A DNA stretch of 64,000 bases, taken from contig MFTV01000016.1 in the NCBI GenBank assembly GCA_001785445.1, positions 159,859 to 223,858 of the forward strand. The letters run 5' to 3'. The DNA is from Candidatus Nomurabacteria bacterium RIFCSPHIGHO2_02_40_30 (GTDB lineage: Bacteria; Patescibacteriota; Minisyncoccia; Phycocordibacterales; UBA9973). The notes below the pieces were generated by a model, which saw only the letters and a program-made list of their open reading frames with translations, ran no database searches and was not told the DNA's origin. Shown piece by piece: positions 59,705 through 64,000 of the stretch. A program made the position numbers and the translations under genes. Position 1 is the stretch's first letter. Every line of letters starts with the position of its first letter.

Positions 59705-61447
59705 ATGCAGGAAAAAATAAGAAATTTAATAGGAGAAGCGTTGGAGAGTCTCAATATTGGAGGTGTGGCTTTTGTTGTAGAGCATCCAGAAGATTTAAAG
59801 AATGGCGATTATTCCACCAATGTGGCTATGGCCTGTGCTAAAAATTTAAAAACCAATCCAAAAGAACTGGCAGAAAAGATTGTAGCCGAGATGTCAAAGG
59901 CTGCCTTTGACAATTTAGAAAAAATTGAAGTTGCTGGCGCCGGATTTATCAATTTCCACTTGTCTCGCAAATTTTTTGCAAAAAGTGTCGAAGAAATTTT
60001 GAATCAAGGAGAAGATGTTGGAAAAAATAATTCTCTGCAAGGTAAAAAAATAATGGTGGAGTATACTGACCCGAATCCTTTCAAGCCTTTTCACATTGGC
60101 CACTTGATGACCAATGCTATAGGCGAGTCCATAGCGAGAATTCTGGAGCATTCCGGCGCCGCAGTTTCTCGCGCCAATTATCAGGGGGATGTCGGGCTAC
60201 ATGTGGCCAAGGCCATCTGGGGTCTTTTGAAAAATCCGGAGCTAGCTGACCAGTCTATAGTTTCCAATGCTGCCGAAGCCACGAATATCGGCAAGGCTTA
60301 TGTAGCTGGCGCCACAGCTTACGAAAGTGATGAGAAAATAAAAAAAGAAATAGATGAAGTAAATAAAAAGATTTATGATAGGAGTGATAAAAAAATAAAC
60401 GAGTTGTATGATTGGGGGTTCAGGGTGACGATGGATGCTTTTGAAGACTTGTATAAAATACTTGGCACTAAATTTGATTACTATTTTGTAGAAAGTATCA
60501 TGGCGCCCATTGGAGAGAGAGTCGTAAAAGATAATTTAGATAAAATTATAGATTCAAGAGACAGCAAGATGATCTTTGAGAAATCCGATGACGCGATTGT
60601 ATTCAAAGCTGAAAAGTATGACCCCAAACTTCATACTCGCGTATTCATTACTTCTGGCGGTATTCCCACGTATGAGGCGAAAGAGCTTGGGCTGGCGCTA
60701 GAGAAATTCCGCACCGAGCCAAATTTAGACCTTTCTGTCGTTATCACTGCCAACGAACAAGCTGATTATATGAAAGTGGTGGCGAAGGCTCTCTCGTTGA
60801 TTCACCCGGAGTATGAAAATAAAATGCTACACATCACTCATGGCATGATGCGCCTTGCTACGGGCAAGATGTCTTCCCGAAAGGGGAATGTAGTTACGGG
60901 TGAATCATTGATTCGTGATACAGTGGAGTTAGTGCACCAGAGACTCGAAGCTCGGGATTGGGACCATGAGATTAAAGAAAAAGTTGCAAGTATAGTAGGC
61001 GTGGCAGCGCTCAAATATTCTATCCTGAAGCAGTCCACGGGTGGGGACATCATGTATGATTTTGATAAGTCAATTTCTTTTGAAGGGGACTCCGGGCCAT
61101 ACTTGCAATATTCTTATGCTCGGGCGAACTCTGTTCTAGAAAAAGCGAAAAAAGAAAATATTTTTCCAGACCCTCATGCTTTCGGAATGGAGATTTCGGA
61201 AGTAGAAAAATTATTGTACAGATTCCCTGAAGTAGTATCGAGGTCAGCCTCTGAATACGAGCCACACTACATAGCGAGCTATCTCATAGAAGTGGCTCGT
61301 GCCTTCAACAGCTTTTATGGCAACACCGTCATCGTAGATACAAAAGACAAAACTTCTTCATACAAAATTGCCCTAACTTTCGCATTTTCTTTCGTAATAA
61401 AAAATGGTTTACAACTCCTAGGCATACAAGTCCCAGAAAAAATGTAG
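59705..61447 (+). CDS. argS: Arginine--tRNA ligase
   Basis: GDYSTN, PNPFKPFHIGH, KMSSRKG, GPYLQYSYAR. Confidence 0.96.
   Translation: MQEKIRNLIGEALESLNIGGVAFVVEHPEDLKNGDYSTNVAMACAKNLKTNPKELAEKIVAEMSKAAFDNLEKIEVAGAGFINFHLSRKFFAKSVEEILNQGEDVGKNNSLQGKKIMVEYTDPNPFKPFHIGHLMTNAIGESIARILEHSGAAVSRANYQGDVGLHVAKAIWGLLKNPELADQSIVSNAAEATNIGKAYVAGATAYESDEKIKKEIDEVNKKIYDRSDKKINELYDWGFRVTMDAFEDLYKILGTKFDYYFVESIMAPIGERVVKDNLDKIIDSRDSKMIFEKSDDAIVFKAEKYDPKLHTRVFITSGGIPTYEAKELGLALEKFRTEPNLDLSVVITANEQADYMKVVAKALSLIHPEYENKMLHITHGMMRLATGKMSSRKGNVVTGESLIRDTVELVHQRLEARDWDHEIKEKVASIVGVAALKYSILKQSTGGDIMYDFDKSISFEGDSGPYLQYSYARANSVLEKAKKENIFPDPHAFGMEISEVEKLLYRFPEVVSRSASEYEPHYIASYLIEVARAFNSFYGNTVIVDTKDKTSSYKIALTFAFSFVIKNGLQLLGIQVPEKM
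59892..59912. repeat. Palindrome in frame in argS (MSKAAFD)
   Basis: tgtcaaaggc-t-gcctttgaca (perfect 10-bp arms). Confidence 0.65.
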
Positions 61448-61460
61448 TAGAATATCTTGA

Positions 61461-63062
61461 ATGACCCAAGAACAGGCGTTAAATATTTTGAAAACCGGTG
61501 CGAATATTTTTTTGACTGGTGAACCGGGAGCAGGGAAGACACATATAGTAAATACGTACGTAAATTATTTGCGCACCTCTGATGTGGAGCCTGCAATCAC
61601 AGCTTCCACTGGTATTGCCGCGACTCATATCGGTGGAATGACAATTCATTCTTGGAGTGGCATTGGCATTAAAACAAAATTAGATAAATATGATTTAGAT
61701 AAAATAGCTAGCAGTGAATATATTAGTAAACGTGTAAATCGTACTCGTGTACTTATTATTGATGAGATTTCTATGCTCTCGGAGAATATGCTCAATATGG
61801 TGGACATGGTTTGCCGGGAAATAAAGCAGAGCAGTGAACCATTCGGCGGAATACAAATTATTTTAGTCGGCGACTTTTTTCAGTTACCACCGATTGTTAA
61901 AAGAGATTTTGCAGAAGAAAAACAAAATAGTTTAATAGAAAATCCACAGGTCAGACCTGTGGGAACTTTTGCTTATGATGCAGGGGCTTGGAATAGGGCA
62001 AGGCTAGTTGTTTGTTATTTGACTGAACAGCATCGTCAGGATGATAAAGATTTTCTTTCTGTTCTCTCTGGAATACGCGCCAACAATGTAGAAAGAGAAC
62101 ATATGAATCATATTAATGCTCGGCAAATTGGTGTGGATGACATGCCGGAGAATATTACGAAACTTTTTTCACACAATATGGATGTGGATAGAGTAAATAA
62201 TACTGAACTTGCGAAGCTGGAAGAAGAAATAAAATTATTTAGAATGACAGAAAGTGGTAATGAAAAAATTATTGAAACTCTCAAAAAAGGTTGTTTGTCG
62301 CCAGAAAAACTAGAGCTCAAAATTGGCGCTGTTGTAATGTGTACCAAAAATAATCCCAAAGAAAGATTTGTGAATGGGACACTTGGCACTATTGCAGGGT
62401 TTGAAGAATTTAGTGGAAATCCGATTTTTAAAAATAGGAATGGAAGGAGTATTGTCATTGCACCGATGGGTTGGATAGTGGAAGAAAATGGCAAAATTCG
62501 CGCGCAGATAACTCAGATTCCACTTAGGCTGGCTTGGGCTATTACCGTGCACAAGAGCCAGGGGATGAGTATGGATGCGGCAGTGATGGATTTGTCGCAG
62601 GTTTTTGAATTTGGGCAGGGCTATGTGGCACTTTCACGTGTACGCAGACTCTCAGGGCTTTATTTGCTAGGTATTAATGAACACGCACTCAAAGTACATC
62701 CGAAAATTTTAGAAAAAGACATTGAATTTAAGAAAAATTCTGTTGAGGCCGTGGAAGTTTTTGGTAAACTTGCAGAAATTGAACTAAAGAAAATGCATGA
62801 CAACTTTTTGCTTGCTTGCGGAGGGAAGGTAAGACAAATATCCACCCCGACGCAAGCATCACCCCTTAAGAGGGGAATTAATGCATTTTCCGAAATTAGA
62901 GAAAAACATCCAAATGCCTATCGTCCATGGACCACAGAACAAGATGAAGAATTGGCAAAGTTATTTAGCTCTGGGATTTCTGTAGCAGATTTAACAAAAA
63001 AATTTGGCAGAAAAAGAGGAGGGATTACATCAAGACTAGAAAAACTAGGGTTAAGAAAATAG
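61461..63062 (+). CDS. Pif1-like SF1B helicase with a C-terminal HTH
   Basis: TGEPGAGKT, IIDEISM, GDFFQLPP, LAWAITVHKSQG, YVALSR; C-terminal PWT..QDEEL..SRL. Confidence 0.92.
   Translation: MTQEQALNILKTGANIFLTGEPGAGKTHIVNTYVNYLRTSDVEPAITASTGIAATHIGGMTIHSWSGIGIKTKLDKYDLDKIASSEYISKRVNRTRVLIIDEISMLSENMLNMVDMVCREIKQSSEPFGGIQIILVGDFFQLPPIVKRDFAEEKQNSLIENPQVRPVGTFAYDAGAWNRARLVVCYLTEQHRQDDKDFLSVLSGIRANNVEREHMNHINARQIGVDDMPENITKLFSHNMDVDRVNNTELAKLEEEIKLFRMTESGNEKIIETLKKGCLSPEKLELKIGAVVMCTKNNPKERFVNGTLGTIAGFEEFSGNPIFKNRNGRSIVIAPMGWIVEENGKIRAQITQIPLRLAWAITVHKSQGMSMDAAVMDLSQVFEFGQGYVALSRVRRLSGLYLLGINEHALKVHPKILEKDIEFKKNSVEAVEVFGKLAEIELKKMHDNFLLACGGKVRQISTPTQASPLKRGINAFSEIREKHPNAYRPWTTEQDEELAKLFSSGISVADLTKKFGRKRGGITSRLEKLGLRK
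61944..61962. repeat. GGTCWGACC palindrome in frame in the Pif1 gene (PQVRPV)
   Basis: ccacaggtc-a-gacctgtgg. Confidence 0.65.
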
Positions 63063-63103
63063 TATACTCATATAATTTTACATTACCAAAAGAATTTGGT
63101 ATA

Positions 63104-63131
63104 ATTATGACATTATTAATAATGTCATAAT
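63104..63131. promoter_or_regulatory. Palindromic operator-like repeat, left copy, overlapping the end of a TGGTATAAT box
   Basis: attatgacattattaataatgtcataat (perfect palindrome). Confidence 0.75.
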
Positions 63132-63137
63132 TAAAAT

Positions 63138-63413
63138 ATGAAAAAAGCAGTAAATTATAAATATTTTGAAAAAATTATAAAAGGAGGGGCAAATCATCGC
63201 AGATTGCAAATACTTTTCTTGCTAGAGAAAAATCCAGGCTTGTCTGTAGAGCTTGTTTCTTCAAATCTCAATGTCGTGTTTGTTACCATTGCTAGCCACC
63301 TGCAGAAGCTCCATCATTCTGGCCTTGTTAGCAAACAATACATTGGACGAACAGTTGTTCATCATGTAACTAAACGAGGGAAGGATATTATGACATTATG
63401 TAGAATGTTATAA
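63138..63413 (+). CDS. ArsR-like winged-helix regulator
   Basis: ANHRRLQILFLL, TIASHLQKLHHSGLV. Confidence 0.85.
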   Translation: MKKAVNYKYFEKIIKGGANHRRLQILFLLEKNPGLSVELVSSNLNVVFVTIASHLQKLHHSGLVSKQYIGRTVVHHVTKRGKDIMTLCRML

Positions 63414-63414
63414 T
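63387..63414. repeat. Right copy of the palindromic repeat, overlapping the ArsR 3' end
   Basis: attatgacattatgtagaatgttataat (24/28 identical to the left copy). Confidence 0.7.
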
Positions 63415-63485
63415 ATAGATACTTTTCAAATAGTTTTCCACATTTTGTTTTATTTTTTATCTAAAATTTTGATATAATTATTCCA

Positions 63486-64000
63486 ATGTCTACGATAAAA
63501 CTCTTGCGTTTTTTATTTGCCCTAGTTATTTTTGTCAGTGTTTTTTCTTTTACTCCGAAAGTTTTTGCTTTTACTTCTAGTAATTTTAATTCTAACATTA
63601 ATACTTCTTTTTATACTGACAATACTTCTTATGGTTTTACTTGTCCGACTTCACATTTTACTTCTGGGATGTATGTAGATTACTATATTGCCCTCGACAA
63701 TCTCCCTCCTGTTCGTGTTTCAGCTGGTGGTGAAATCTGCTATCAGCATCAAGTTTTTCATTATAGTGATATTGATTCTGCCGGGATTCTTGCAGCCACT
63801 TTTCCTACAGCGGATTTAACTATAGGACATCATGTTCGTTTTTTCTTTTCTAATTCTGCTGACCCGAATGCAGATTATTTTGAATTTGACACTAATGGCG
63901 GTATTGCCCCTACTCCGCCAAGTCCTCCACCTAGCCCTGTTTGCACCGTAGATTGTTTTTCAAATGTACTATTTTTGCCTGGGCTGGAAGCAAGTCGTTT
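63486..64000 (+). CDS. Secreted protein, probably an alpha/beta-hydrolase (lipase/LCAT-like); runs off the window
   Basis: Manual translation MSTIKLLRFLFALVIFVSVFSFTPKVFA...PVCTVDCFSNVLFLPGLEASR, open to the window end. Confidence 0.65.
   Translation, partial: MSTIKLLRFLFALVIFVSVFSFTPKVFAFTSSNFNSNINTSFYTDNTSYGFTCPTSHFTSGMYVDYYIALDNLPPVRVSAGGEICYQHQVFHYSDIDSAGILAATFPTADLTIGHHVRFFFSNSADPNADYFEFDTNGGIAPTPPSPPPSPVCTVDCFSNVLFLPGLEASR

Noticed and set aside
126-62845. Many short ORF-track entries overlapping or antisense to called genes
   Set aside because: Shadow frames of well-supported genes with no recognisable motifs.

Overview
This 64-kb window looks like chromosome from a Candidate Phyla Radiation (Patescibacteria) bacterium, probably Parcubacteria (inferred from gene content). 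It is AT-rich and gene-dense, uses standard code 11, and shows no rRNA, tRNA or CRISPR array. It holds housekeeping genes (pcrA/uvrD, rsmA, rpmH-rnpA-yidD-yidC-jag, clpP, tig, hppA, nusA, tpiA, pgk, recJ, rnhA, split comEC, sod, glyA, tmk, dut, argS, a Pif1-like helicase), a VirB4/PrgI/VirB6-like secretion locus with no relaxase in view, a type IV pilus cluster, a 2296-aa modular surface protein and a RelBE-type toxin-antitoxin pair. Three things stand out. (1) Several families of structured palindromic mini-elements occur with conserved, covarying cores inside unrelated outer stems. They lie between genes and also in frame inside conserved genes (uvrD, rsmA, tig, jag, argS, Pif1 helicase, a pilin). 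(2) Three small nuclease or DNA-binding genes (GIY-YIG, PaaX/Cas2-like, ArsR-like) are each bracketed by their own palindromic repeats. (3) An operon encodes an anticodon-less Asn/Asp-tRNA synthetase paralog, an argininosuccinate-lyase-family enzyme and a deaminase, behind an Asn-rich leader ORF containing a terminator. This suggests an attenuated and possibly undescribed asparagine or amination pathway. All calls come from reading motifs by eye; no searches were run.
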